A stretch of 64,000 nt of DNA. Source: Octopus vulgaris (taxonomy: Eukaryota). The notes beneath the pieces were generated by a model that had not been told where the DNA came from, did not search any database, and worked only from the letters and a program-made list of their open reading frames with translations. Below, in pieces: positions 26,589 through 39,650 of the stretch (positions are counted from its first letter, which is position 1; each line of letters opens with the position of its first letter). The position numbers and the translations under genes were made by a program. The stretch spans positions 83,576,001-83,640,000 of the forward strand of contig OX597818.1 in assembly GCA_951406725.2 (NCBI GenBank), given 5' to 3'.

Positions 26589-28174
26589 CATTTACATATG
26601 TAAGTAATGTATATATGTACATATATAAATATGTATGCATATATATGTATATATGTATTTATATGTATAAATATTATATATACATATATAAATACGTATG
26701 TGAGTGTATTAATATATTAATATATGTGTATGCTCGCTGTGATTGTGTTACGCGTCTGTGTACAAGAGGGTATTATTAATGTAGGAAAACGCAACCGTGA
26801 AAGAAAAAAAATTCATATTTCATAGACAGAGCATTCGAAAACATAATATAAATAGATTTCAATAATTTTTTTACTTGATACTTTATGTTTTATTCTGTAT
26901 ATATTTATATGATACATTTTCAGTGATATCGTTCGTTTCTAAGATTGTGTTATTTTGTTATTCTTATATATATATATATTTCATACTTTTCTCCTTTGGT
27001 CTTTTTTTCCTGATATTTTCTTATTTAAGTCGTTTTGTGATTTCTACTTTCTTCTCTTTTTTTGTCGTTTTATAGTATATATTCTTTGATTGTCCACATA
27101 TTATATTTTATCTTTTTACTTTTGTGATTTGCTGTAATTTTTTTATACATCACATTCTTATTTTATTTACTGGTTGTATTTTCTTGATAAGGCCTTTGTA
27201 TTTTTTCATAATTTCCTTCATTATTTTCTAAACATTTTCTTCCAATTATTAATATGTTTACTATTTTCTTCTTGCATCACTCGTATATGTCTCTATGACA
27301 TACATTGCTTTCATCCTCTAGCTGATACGATTTGGACTTCATCTATAAATTTAATATGACTTCTGAAAAATGTATAACTTCATTTGAATTACCATTTTTA
27401 TATTTTTGACGTCCATATATTTATCATACCTGTTGTTGTTAATAGTTAATCTTATTCTTTCTTATTCGTATCATATGAAATTGTTACGGTGGTCTATATA
27501 TACTATTTAATATCTTTTTTTTTCTTCCTGATGCGAGGCTTCTACTTAATACAAATATGGAGCTGTTTTGGCTATGGTTGTTACAATTAGTTGTACTATC
27601 ATAGAGCATGCGCTGTAACAGCGCGTCGTTGTATCCACCATCTGTTGGTGATTCCCTACTCCTGGTGGATGACTCTTTTTCAAATCACAGTTGAAAATCT
27701 TCCACTCCATGGTCTGTTTCGGCAGTCATTGTTGGTGAGGCTTTTACAAGGGCACAGGGCAAATTTTGCCTCAGTCCCCTTTAATCACCTATTGCGAGAT
27801 GCAGGGGAAACGTTGGGTTTATTCTTTGACTTGCCTCTCTCCATACGGCAATTGCGAAGTTTATTGTGAGTGTGTGCATGCGCATGTGTGCGTGCGCATG
27901 TGTGCACCAGTGTGTGTTTGATATGCAGAGAAGAACGTATCTCCGAATGATATCTGCCTACTTCTCACTCTTGAAAAAATAACCCCAGTGTCCTTTACAA
28001 TTTTATTAGTGGCTGAAATACCAGGCCTTACTTGAGCGGAAGACAGATAATTAACTGAAACGTCAAAATCAATTTGACTAAATTACTATAGTAGCCAAGC
28101 CGAAAATAATTGTTGAAAATTGTACATGCTGAAAGCTGCTAGTACGAGGATAGAAATAATAACCCTTTATATTA

Positions 28175-28372
28175 TAGGCACATGGCCTGAAATGTAGGGG
28201 AGAGGATAGCCGATTAAACCGATCCCAGTTTTTTATCAGTACTTAATTTATCGACCCGAAAAGCATGAAAGGCAACGTCGACCCCGACGGAATTTGAACT
28301 CAGAACGTAGCGGCAGATACCGCTAAATATTTCGCCCCGGCGTGCTACTGGTTCTGCGAGCTCGCCGCTTTG
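28175..28372 (-). mobile_element. SINE family B, full monomer
   Basis: ggcacatggcctgaaat..ggaatttgaactcagaacgtag..gagctcgccgctt. Confidence 0.85.
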
Positions 28373-28461
28373 AGGATGGAAAAAGCAATGCCTAAATAAC
28401 ATGAAAATAAGAAAATTATATTGATCATTCCCCAAATATCATAACAGATTTGACTGCCCAC

Positions 28462-28539
28462 GGGCATATGGCATACTGGCTAAGAGCATGGGCTACTAAC
28501 CTCAAGATCCCGAGTTTGATACCAAGAAGTGACCTGAAC

Positions 28540-28607
<68 letters not shown>

Positions 28608-28752
28608 CATCAAAAAATACCTTAGGAATGAGAACCCAGGTTCGAAATTTTCCCAAGACACCTGAAGAAGGCTGGAGGGTATATCTACCGAAACGTTGTG
28701 TTAACAACAAACAAGATGAGGACAACTATCCGTCGAATGTAAATAATGTAAA
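28462..28752 (+). mobile_element. tRNA-headed SINE-like element with internal (AAT)n and a hammerhead motif in its 3' half
   Basis: A-box-like TGGCATACTGG (28469-79), B-box-like GAGTTTGATACC (28512-23), HHR at 28657-28702, tail aatgtaaataatgtaaa. Confidence 0.65.
28657..28702 (+). ncRNA. Minimal type I hammerhead motif (loopless stem III)
   Basis: gacac-CTGAAGA-aggctgg..ctacc-GAAAC-GTT-gtgtt; 5-bp stem I; stem II is weak in this copy. Confidence 0.65.
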
Positions 28753-29289
28753 CAAGGTTTGATTAGTTTTGATATGTGCTTTATACTGTAGTGGACGATT
28801 CACTTGTTATTCAGCACCAATGTATAGTGTATATAACGATATTTAAATTTCAAAATTTTACAAACTTAATCGTATTCCAACTAGTTACTTATAAAAATGT
28901 TCGTACACACACACACACTTAGCTTCGCGTTTATATAGCTTGTCCTCAATAAATTTATCTCTCTTTCTTTCATTTTCTCTATATCCTTTACGCTCTTTGT
29001 CCTTCACTCTCTCTCTCTCTCTCTCTCTCATCTACACCATCCTCCACCTACACATCCACAAGCACAAATCGTAGCATAAGATCACAAAAGAAAATATGTA
29101 TGTTTATGCATGTATGGATATACACACTCGAGTCTAGTACGAAAATCTCTACTTAGTTGCTTGACCTGCTAGAAATAACAACCAAATCACCCTCAGTGTT
29201 ATGCTGTCATCCTTAAAAACTGAAGGACACACTGAATAAGAAAGAAAAGTAACACAGTATGCTACTTGCTTGAATATTAGATTTATTCG

Positions 29290-29430
29290 AAGGCGGCGAG
29301 CTGGCAGAAACGTTCTGAGTTCAAATTCCTTTTGGGGTCGATAAATTAAATACCCTTTGCGTATTGAGATCGATCTAATCGACTGGCCCCTCCCACAAAA
29401 TGTCGGGCCTTGTGTCTAGAGTAGAAATAA
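29290..29430 (+). mobile_element. SINE family B, internally deleted
   Basis: aaggcggcgagctggcagaaacgtt joined directly to ctgagttcaaattcc; tail gggccttgtgtctagagtagaaa. Confidence 0.8.
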
Positions 29431-29574
29431 ATAAATTACACAAAAATATGTAAGTAGAATAACCACATATAAACACATACATATTTACGATTTTCGTCAA
29501 ATTCTGTTTTCTCTCTCTCTTTCTCTCGGTCCCTCTCTGTCTCTCTGCCTCTCGATCTACCTATCTATTCTTTT

Positions 29575-29850
29575 ATTCTTTTATTGTTTCTTCCATTTGA
29601 CTGCGGCCATGCTGGCGCACCGCCTTTTAGGGTTTTAGTAAGAGAAATCGACCCCAAGATTTATTCTTTGTAAGTATAATACTTGTTCTATCATCTTCTT
29701 TCAGTTTCCAACTAGCAAATCTTCTGACAAGGTTTTGGTCAGCCTGAGGCTATAGTAGATGACACTTGCCTATCTTGCCACGCAGTGGGACTCAATTCGG
29801 AAACATGGTTTGGAAGCAAGATTCCTACCACTCAGCTACGCTTGCGCCTG
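29575..29850 (-). mobile_element. SINE family A (internal deletion)
   Basis: tttgactgcggccatgctgg..gacacttgcc..gccacgcagtgggac..cttgcgcct. Confidence 0.8.
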
Positions 29851-30646
29851 TAAATCTATATTATTTTCATATTCGTATCTATTTTCCTGCTTACGACTTA
29901 CTCATCCTCATGTCTTGCCCCATTTCTTCTCTTAGTCTCTCCTATAATTCTTTCACTCCGGTCTCTCCACTTTCTCTCCTCCCATAAATATATACATAGG
30001 TATATTTGACAAACAGCGTAGAAGCCGAATTTATCCTAATACAACCAAAGTATTCTTTTATTATTTTTTCCATTTATGAGCAGACGTAAAACAGTTGTCG
30101 TCTGCCAAATGCTTAGACTCTAAGCCTTGGAGTCATATCACTTTTGTTTCACGATGAAGGCGTTTAAAGTCAATATTGAAGATGAAGTACTATATTAAAT
30201 TGAAGGAAAAATATTCATTTATTTTTTACTAATTACGAAATTATCTTCAGCCACTCACCAACCGCAAAGGTAGATAGACAGATTTCTAAGGAGGGGGTTG
30301 ATATTAATTAGATTCCTATCTGACTTTGGAGTTACTATTGTCAGTTAGTGTTGTTATATATATATATATATATATATATGAGGAGTACGGGTTCGAATCC
30401 AGTGGCCGTCTGCTGACAACTCTATCCGTTTTGTAAGGTAAAATACACAATCTTTCTACTGTTTTCAAGGTGACACTGCGTTGGAAAGTTAATTTCTTGT
30501 CTGTAAATTATGAAACATATTCGACTCTTCTAAAGTTTCTTTACAAAATGTTGTCGCATTCCAAAAGCTATTATTCTTTAGCGGTTATTTTGACGGTAAT
30601 TATTGTCAGCAGGCAGGTTAGCTTAATGGTAGAGTACTCAGCCGGT

Positions 30647-30795
30647 AAGGCAGCGAGTTGGCAGGAACGGTAGCACGCCGGTATTTCGTCTGTCTTTTGC
30701 CGAGGTCGACTTTGCTTTCCATCACTTTGGAGTCGATAAATCAGGTACCAGTTGCGTATTAAGGTAGATCTAATCGACTGCCCCCTCCTCCCCCA
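30647..30795 (+). mobile_element. SINE family B (deleted)
   Basis: aaggcagcgagttggcagg..gccgaggtcgactttgc..atctaatcgactg. Confidence 0.75.
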
Positions 30796-32119
30796 TAAGA
30801 GCATGAATGGATTTAGCCAACCAAAGTAGCATATTTAAATCGTATTACCAAAAATCATAGTAAAAATCTAAAATTTACTCGCGATATTGAAATAGTGAAA
30901 TAGCAACATAATTGTAATGCAAAACTGATCAATTCTCTCTCTCTCTTTCTCTCTTTCTATTGCGCACACAATTTTATCATTCCTTTTCCACAGTATAACT
31001 GATTGTACACCCCACAGGAATCTGTTGTCAGAACTTTAATTAATATAAAAAATAATCAGGTGTACTTCTTTAAATCCCCAAATAAAACATTCGCACGAGT
31101 CGTAAGAAACATGAAGTTGTGTAGGAAATAAAGAGAGCCGCACATGCTAAACCTGTATTAGTTCTTCAAAATTTTACGAAAATCCTTTTCCCGACATTTT
31201 AAGCTGAATAAATGCCGACGTAAAAACAATAGTATTGCAATTTTAAACAGAATACTGTGTAGAATCCCTTAGTCTGCGCAAAAGATCAATCACATTGAAG
31301 ATATGCGAGGGCGATTTCACGTCCAACAGCACGAAATGCAGTTTAATAAACCGCTACATAAACTCTACAAAGTAAACAAACATACATAGAAGATTTAAAA
31401 TATATAAAATATGAAAACCTTGAACTTATCACCATGGGTTCCAGCAGTTCTATAATCAAGTCGTCGTTTAAGAATATTAAAAAGTAAATCTAGATGTACT
31501 CCGTTCAACATAGTAGAATTTTATATATACGTTTTGAAATGCCTTCTGAAATATTACGAATTCAGAAAACCTTCATTACCTTCACCATACAAACAATATG
31601 AGCACGATCATACAGTCTTCAAGATCAAAGAGCAGGAAATTGTCATTCTGATCTATCTCTATCGAGCTTTGATCTTAAAGAAGCTTGAACTCTACGCCGT
31701 TTAAAGACACCCTGAAAGTAAGTACTAAACCAATACATGGCTATAGGGCTAGATGTTATTGAGACCATGAAGCGCCAGCATATGAATGGTTTAGAAAAAC
31801 CTACTTAGCATATTTAAAATGTTTACTAAAACTTGCAGTAAAGATAAACTTAAAAAGTTTGCATTTATTAAAACTTACATGCGATCTAAACATACATAAA
31901 TAGCAGCAATCACAAAGCAACAGAAACAAAGATTCCATAATCATATATGCAAGGATAAGAAACTAAAAACTATTACAATTAGATAAATATCAACACTGTC
32001 AGCTTATAAACAATATTTACAATATCTGCTCCCCTAATATAAGAAGGGTACTTAGCCCAAAAAATTATTTCAGCTTACAAAAGACGTTGAATAAGAACTG
32101 ATATTATTCTATATACTGC

Positions 32120-32710
32120 ATGAATATCAAATACAGCGAACAACCTCCTGTCACTGATATGCACTACTTCTTAGTAACACATATCTACCACGAGATTTTT
32201 AATAGATATAAAGTCCAGCTTCTGGACGCCTCGATAATTTTACCTCCCAAATCTTCCACTATAGCTGAAATACGAGATTTAATACAAAACCCGACTGTCT
32301 AAATATAAATTCAGAAATGCACTATACTATCCACTTAATTGAAAATTGCTATTGAAAGCTCTTATATATAAAGCCACAATAAAAACAGCAGATGTTATCG
32401 AAATGACATATAAAAGGCTAATAGAGAATATCTTCAAAATCCGGCATATATAGCACTATAGTTCCTTTAGATCCATAGAAATAATAAAATTTTCATCGAT
32501 GTTCCAATATATCTAGAATCTGAAAAGTATAGGAAACAACATGCCAATAAAATAAAGCATTGTTGTAATAACTCGACCATATCCAAAGAGATAGACTTTG
32601 TTGCATCGCAGAAAAATTCAATATGTTATTAACAACAGGTAACATATTAAACTGAGGATTTGAAACATTTACAACAGGCCAACATAGATATTCATCTAAG
32701 AATCATTTAG
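32120..32710 (+). mobile_element. Decayed Penelope-like element: linker plus GIY-YIG endonuclease
   Basis: HEIFNRYKVQL...LLKALIYKATIKT..TYKRLIENIFKIRHI*HYSSFRS..FQYI*NLKS..IK*SIV..RPY..CCIAEKF..LN*..QHR follows the PLE pattern VVYKA..YIGLT..FK.R...H.SSF..YIW.LK..W.I..C.LC..EK..LN..CRH. Confidence 0.7.
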
Positions 32711-33411
32711 AATACAATCAGGTTGAGATATCATTCATAAATATATTGGGCAAATCTGCAAACTTTTCGAATATAAAGTTACTCACCCAAACACACACAA
32801 CCTGTATAAGTGCACACCACAAAATATAAACACCAAAATCTCCTGAACTCATGTTACCAATGAAAATTATGTCCGATCGATCGTGTTCGATATCTGCTGT
32901 GTCTGTGTATTTGTGTGTGTGTATGTGTGTTCGTATAGTCTGAGGAAGGCGAGCAGTTCAAACCTCGAAGTCACTCACGACCTTTCCCTTCTTAAAGTTA
33001 ATAAATGTGTACCCAACTAAAAGTATTGAGTAATCCTTTAGTTGAATATTAAATTGATTTTATATAACTTTACATAAAAGCAAACACTAAAATATATGAA
33101 CGTGTGTGTATGTTTGTATACATGTTTGTGTGTGTGTGCGTATGCGCGTGTGCACAGGTGGACGGGTATACGCACGAGTATATATGTATGTATCTATGTG
33201 TATATTCGCGTGTGAGTTCAGCTACTCAATATTGCTACTGGTAAAATGCAATCAGTTACCTATTATATGTGTATGTACTTGGCAACTTATCGAACAACCC
33301 CATCAGTCTTGCTTGTGAGGAGAGTGGCTAGAAAAGCAACAGGGTCCAAAACAAGACCGACAAAAGAACAGATAAACTCAGTGCAGGATCAACGGCTATC
33401 AAGTAATATTG

Positions 33412-33585
33412 GTTTTATATTTTGACACAAGGCCAGCAATTTCATCGACCCATCCCCCCAGTGCCCAACTTGTATTTATTCTATCGACTTCGAAAGATGA
33501 AAAGCATAGTCGACCTCAGTAGAATTTGAACGTAAAAACGGACAAAATGCTGCTAAGCATTTCACTGGGCTGCTCACCTACTTCA
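33412..33585 (-). mobile_element. SINE family B with an 18-bp TSD
   Basis: ggctatcaagtaatattg (33394-411) and ggctatctagtaatattg (33586-603) flank it. Confidence 0.75.
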
Positions 33586-33627
33586 GGCTATCTAGTAATA
33601 TTGCGCGGGTACTTATAAATACACAAA

Positions 33628-33797
33628 CCAAGGCACTCATAGTAGCATTGGAGGCCCCGGGGCAAATCGATGTAGTGCATCATATATTATTTATTTATTG
33701 ACACCAGGCTACAGCATACATAGATTAGGACTACCTCAGACCTGTCAGGCCCCCGGCTAACTGCCTAGGATGCCCATACATTAACATGGATGTGACT
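33628..33797. mobile_element. Possible hAT-type MITE
   Basis: Subterminal ggccccggggcaa and ggcccccggctaactgcc..tgcccatacattaa motifs, typical of such MITEs; TIRs are decayed. Confidence 0.35.
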
Positions 33798-34059
33798 CAA
33801 CCTATGAACGAAATAGAAATTTTAAAGCACCAATAACTTTCATCAAAATATGGGGGAAGTAGAACGCTGGAAGTTTAGTACCGTCTTATATATATTCTTT
33901 GGACGAATTTATGCAGTTCTTCACAATTGTAGAGATGTACTGTCAAGGGCGTTGTACAATGAAATGCTGGTAAAGAGGTAATTCATGAGGCCTTTCTGCC
34001 CTCGGTGTTATAGGTTAATAGTGAACAACTATTCTTGATCAACCCATTCATCGCACTAG

Positions 34060-34395
34060 GATAATCCTTGTTCAAGAGTCTCATTCAGATTATTTTCTTT
34101 TATGCTGGATGTGGAGCCAAGTCTGTCTATTATATTTCCCTAACGTCACCTATAAGAGAATTGTATTTAACTCTACGAGCGCTTCATTGATATCACTAAA
34201 ACCCTTTCTTTAGTGAACCGCGATGCATTATGGGTAATTCTCAGAAATCTTGATTGTCCTGATAAATTTACAGATAATATCAGGCCTTTTCATAATGATA
34301 TATTACGATATATTGTCATCGGTTTTGAATGCTGATATGCATTTCCAACCAGTGTTGATGTGAAATGCGCTGATATAAATGCTCCTACCCTGTCA
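34060..34395 (+). mobile_element. Decayed RTE-clade RT fragment
   Basis: FIDITKTLSLVNRDALWVILRNLDCPDKFTDNIRPFHND..AFPTSVDVK..APTL resembles RTE RT (FIDLTKAFD.VNRE.LW..L...GCP.KF). Confidence 0.65.
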
Positions 34396-34496
34396 CATAT
34401 TCACAATAGATTTTTGTTAAATGCTTCCACAAACTGATCTCTCTGTTCCTATCTCTCTCTCTTTCTTTCTCTCCCTCGTTTTCGCTCTTTCTCTCT

Positions 34497-34566
<70 letters not shown>

Positions 34567-35064
34567 TCATTCAAACTGTTCTGAGGGCTTTGATATGTTG
34601 CTATAGTCATAATATTTAAATTGTTTTCAGAGCTTTTATTTATGTCACCTTATTTATATAATACATACATATTTAAACTGTTATGAGGGCATTTATGTAT
34701 ATTGAAGCTCAAACGGATTAATTCTAAATTGCATTCTTTTCTATATTTGATTCCAGATCTCTTTTACGTTAATAACACAGAGCTACAACTCTTACGGATA
34801 AAATGTCATGGATATTCTGAATGATAGGGCTTCAGAATAAGTAATTTTCGTTACCAGCCCTACTCTTAAGCGAAGTCCTGTGTATGACTATAAACTACAT
34901 CCGGTAGTGTAACCCTGGGGTCCCTGATTTCAGAGTTTCAGCAGTGTAGAACACCACCACCCTTAGCCACTGTTGTCCCCGAGTCTGCTTCGGCCCGGAC
35001 TGGTAGCACCTGTGGTATCCCAGCTATGGGTTAACTAGCAAACTCCACTGCAGTTGGGGGTGTA

Positions 35065-37715
35065 TCGGGATTGGTAGTGTTCGTGAAGGACTGGCATTAC
35101 TGGTGAGTGACCATGTGAAGGAGAGTGTGGTGGAATGGAGAGAAGAGTCTTCAAGGTTAATGTGGCTTCAGAGGAGATGGGGAAGAGAGAGATGGGTGTT
35201 TTTAGTGCATATGGTCCAGGGAGTTAAATGAGTGAGGAAGTAGAGAAGTTCTGGCGGGAAATGACAGAGTGTGTGGATAGGGTAGAGAAAAGGGGTTATG
35301 TGGTAGTGCTGGATGATTTGAATGCGCGAGTAGGAAATGGGGAACTAGAAAATGTAGTTCGAAAATATGGAGTTCCTGGTCGGAATGAGAGTGGAAGGAA
35401 GATGTTGGAAATGTGTATGGCGAAGGAATTGGCGGTAGGGAAGAGTCTTTTTAAATAGGGGGAGAAGCGTAAGTTCACATGGTGGAGGGAGGAACAGTAG
35501 TGGATAGGGGCTTGATGGATTATACATTAATTGATAAGAAAGTTGTAGGGAGGTTGGTGGATGTGCATGTAATGATGGTGAAGGTGGAGGTGTGCCAAAT
35601 CACTTCTTAGTACTGGGTAAGTTAAAGGTATGCTCAAAATGGAATGCTAGACGAGAGGCAGAGTGGAGAGAGGTTGTGAAGGTGAGTGAACTGGATAGCA
35701 GGACTATGTAGAGAAACTTAGAGGTGAATATGAACAGGTTAAGAAACAGAAGATTGGAGGTGGGGAGGAGGAATGGGAGGTTTTAGAGAGTCATTAATGA
35801 GATGTGACTCTAAGGCATGTGGTACACGAGTAATTGGAACGGGTATAAGGTGGTGAGCGGGTAAGGGATGCGATGGCAGAGAAGAAAACGGCCGTTGAGG
35901 AGTAGTTGCAGAAAAGGGGTGGAGAAGCTTATGATCGCTACAGAGAAATGAAGAGGAGAGTAAAGAGAGTGGTGAGGGTGGAGAAATGGCAGTCAAGTGA
36001 AAGGTTCGGGAAAAAATTGAGTGAACATTTCTAAGAAATAAAAATGTTTTGGAAAGAGGTGTAGAGGTGGTTGGAGGAAGGGAAGAAAGGGTGAAGGATA
36101 TAAATAAAAATTTATTGAAAGGAAGTACAAAGGAGATAGGCAGCGTATTTTAGTGAGCTGTTAAATGTAGAGGATGTTAGTGGGGAAAGTATAGGGTTGT
36201 AGGAAGAGAGAGGAGAATGCCTGCTGTTGGGGAATGAAACTACTGAGCAAGTGGAAGGGAGGAGTTGAGGGAACCCTTGCGGAAGATGGCAAACCGGAAA
36301 GTGCAAGGTATAGATGGGTGTATATTAGGATGCCCAAAGAAAGGAGGAGTGACAGTGATTGAATGGTTAATGAGGCTTATGAATGTTTGTTATATGGCTG
36401 GAAGAGTACCAAAGGACTGGTGCAGTACCTGTAAAGTGCTATTGTACAAGGGAAAAGGGGATAAATGTGAGTGTGGAAATTTTAGGGATATAAGTCTGTT
36501 CTGTGTGGTTGGTAAACTGTATGAGAGAATTCTGATTGTAAGAGTGAGGAACCAGACAGAAAGTGTATTAGGGAAGAAGCAGTGCAGTTTTAAGAGTGGA
36601 AGTAGGTGTCAAATATTCTTAGTTAGGCAGATGTGTGAGAAGTTTTTGGCAAAAGGGAAGGAAGTGTATTGGGCCTTTATGGACCTACAGAAGGCATATG
36701 ACCGAGTGGATTGGGATGTAATGTGGCAGGTGTTACGGTTGTCTGGGATAGATGGTAGATTGCCGAGAGCTGTTAGGGCGTGCGTTAGAGTGGGTGGTGA
36801 AGTCAGTGAGATGCCTGAAGTGAAGGTGAGGTCAAGACAGGGTTGTGAGATGTCTCGGTGGATGTTTAATGTATATACGAATAGTGTGGCGAGAGGGGTA
36901 AATGCTAGAACCTTTGGTAGGGGATCTCAAATGGTGGGAGAAAATGGAGAGAAATGGCAGGTGAGTCAGTTGTTTGATGATGATACAGTACTGGTGGCGG
37001 ATTCGTATGAGCAACTGAGGAGACTGGTGGTAGAGTTTGGAAAAGTATGTGAGAGGAGGAAACTGAAAGTGAATGTAGCGAAGAGTGAGGTGAGGAATGT
37101 TCAAGAGATGGAATGGCTGGTAGGATGGATGTGAGTAGAGTATAACTGGTGAGATGTTAGAGGATGTAAGTGTTTTTAAGTATCTGGGATCACATGTGAC
37201 GGCGGATGGGATGTTGGCTGAGGAAGTGGGATACAGATTGAGTGAGGTGAGTAAGATACTTGGTGTTGTGAAAGGTATGCTGAGAGATAAAAGATTGAGT
37301 AAGAAAGAGAAAAGCAGTGTCTATGAGGACGCGATTGTGCCGACAATGGTAATATGGTGCGAAGACATGGGGGCTGAGAGAGGCGGAAAGGAGGCGACTA
37401 GATATGTTTGAGATGAAATGTGCGAGAGCTCTGTGAGAGCTATGGTTGGTGTGACATGAATAATGAGGATGTGCGAAGAGGATCAGGAATGAGAGAAAAA
37501 CCAACAACCAAAATGGATAGACGAATGTTGAGGTGGTTTGGCCACATGGAGAGGATGGATGAGGAGCGAATTGTAAGGCGAATTGATGAAGGTAGAAGTG
37601 GTAGGAAGCAGAACCAGAGGCAGACCGCAGTTTGTGTGGTTGGATGGAGTGAGGAAAGCTTTTGTCGTTAGAGGTTTTGGAGTGAGAGAGGCAAGCGAGT
37701 TTATAAATGATAGGA
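35065..37715 (+). mobile_element. Near-full-length, inactivated RTE-clade LINE (APE endonuclease + RT)
   Basis: EN: SAYGP, VLDDLNARVG, GRNESG. RT: LYKGKGDKCECGNFRDISL, FMDLQKAYDRV, RQGCEMS, QLFDDDTVLVA, FKYLGS. C-terminus LRWFGHMERM, RGRP. Many stops and frameshifts. Confidence 0.93.
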
Positions 37716-37899
37716 AATTTGTAATTTTTGAACAGATCATATATACACGACACCTGAGTCGTATCTGCATCTTCATCAAAACCACGAGCATCTCTATTCA
37801 ACATGCTGCGAAGACGTTTGAAAAAAAGAATGTTTTTCATAGACTGACCACATTCTATTATTTTATAGAGCAGGCGTTGCTTTCTCTTAAGAATTACAT

Positions 37900-38160
37900 T
37901 TTTTTATAAACTCAGACCTATTCCCAATTTTTGGAATGGTAGCCACAAGACACACACCAGGCATTCCATTCATTTCCCAGCTCAAAGAGGCGTGTCTCAT
38001 TCTGTGCTTGGGTCAAGGCATAGAACGCAACACCCAATATTAGCAGTTGGGGCCGACAGCATATGCTGGTTTAACCCCGCTGCATCAAGCTGGTTCCGTA
38101 CCCCCTTGAGCAACATCAAATTCACTCATCCGTCCACAAACACTCTCCAAGTTTTCCTAT
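37900..38160 (-). mobile_element. Possible Tc1-like transposase remnant
   Basis: Minus translation includes LWTDE, the first D region of DD34E transposases; the rest is heavily decayed. Confidence 0.3.
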
Positions 38161-38264
38161 CATTTCCTATCATTTAAGGTCTTAATGACATTTAAGATAC
38201 CTATTCTTATAGGCAGTAATTTTGTATATTTCGTTGATTTAAGCATGTATTGTATATCAGTTTC

Positions 38265-38395
38265 AAACTTTGGTAGAAGGCTAGCAGTTTCGAGGTTAAA
38301 TAAGTCGATTTCATTGACTTCGGTACTACTCAATTGGTTCTTATTTTATCGATCCAGAAGGATGAAAGACTAAGTCAACTTCGACAGAATTTGCA
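38265..38395 (-). mobile_element. SINE family B fragment
   Basis: cttattttatcgatcc..aaggatgaaag..cagaatttg. Confidence 0.65.
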
Positions 38396-38397
38396 CT

Positions 38398-38788
38398 CTT
38401 TTACTCTTTTACGCTTTTACTTGTTTCAATCATTTGACTGCGGCCATGCTGGAGCACCGCCTTTAGTCGAGCAAATCGACACCAGGACTTATTCTTTGTA
38501 AGCCTAGTATCGGACATTTTTGCCAAAATGCTAATTTACGGGGACGTAAATACACCAGCATCTGTTGTCAAGTGATGTTGGGAGGACAAGCACACATACA
38601 CACACACATATATATATATACATATATATACGACGGGCTTTCAGTTTCTGTCAACCCAATCCACTTACAAGGCTTTGATCGGCCCGAGGCTCTAGTAGAA
38701 GAAACTTGCCCAAGGTGCCACGCAGTGGGACTGAACCCGGGACCATGTGGTTGGTAAGCAAGCTACTTACCACACAGTCACTCCTGCG
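38398..38788 (-). mobile_element. SINE family A, full length, well conserved
   Basis: From the tail ttttacttgtttc..tgcggccatgctggagcaccgcc to the head accacacagtcactcctgcg. Confidence 0.9.
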
Positions 38789-39613
38789 GAACGTTTATAA
38801 GAACGACATGCAGCTAAGACTGGTCACGTTTGTAAGACTGGTCACATTAGACAACGGTAAAAATCAAATCTTCGTCAACAGAACGAACATATGCCTGCCA
38901 GATCTATAATTCATGTGCTTTTTCTATCGGAGTACATAATAACCTATGTGATGATTCTGGATTGCATTTAACTGAGATGCGACATTTATGTGATAGATTT
39001 CTTAAAAGCTGTATATCATTAGGACTAAATGGCTTTTTCGATTGACAGTTCATAAATGTGCAATGATTATACTCATTATTGAGTCACCTTGCATCATATA
39101 TATGTACGTGTGTTTGCCTGTGTATGAGCAGTTCCGTTTTGTAAAGAACCTGGATAAACTGCCGCTTCATATAGATACGAGTATACACATTCGCATTCTC
39201 CAAACGATGATTTGTTCCTTAGAACTTCATCCACACACACACACACATATTTTCTCTCTCGCTCTCACACACAGAGACGCATATATTTCTTCGCTTCGTT
39301 TTCCCTTTCCTTACACTCTTTCCATCTACTCTCTATTTTGTAATCTCTTCTGCCTTTTCTGCTGCTCATTTCCCCTCCCCACCAATCACACCTCTCGCAC
39401 ACATACACGTTAACTCTCTTCAATTCCTTATATATGCCTGTCTTAAACGTTTCGATTACGCTTTTTCCTTTCGGCAATCTCTTTAACATTTACTCTCTTT
39501 CAAGCATTCCAGCCTATTACTCTCACTCTCTCACTCTCTCTTTTTTCTCACTGTCTCGTTGCATGGTTTACCCTTCCTATTCGTCTTCGTTATATACTTG
39601 TTGTGTTTGTGCT

Positions 39614-39650
<37 letters not shown>

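Noticed and set aside
27525-27575. cctgatg followed by a stem (similar cases at 6412 and 30220-30250)
   Set aside because: No GAAA after the stem; cannot be distinguished from chance.
34910-35065. HDV-like ribozyme in the RTE 5' region
   Set aside because: A small hairpin is present, but I could not build the nested double pseudoknot.
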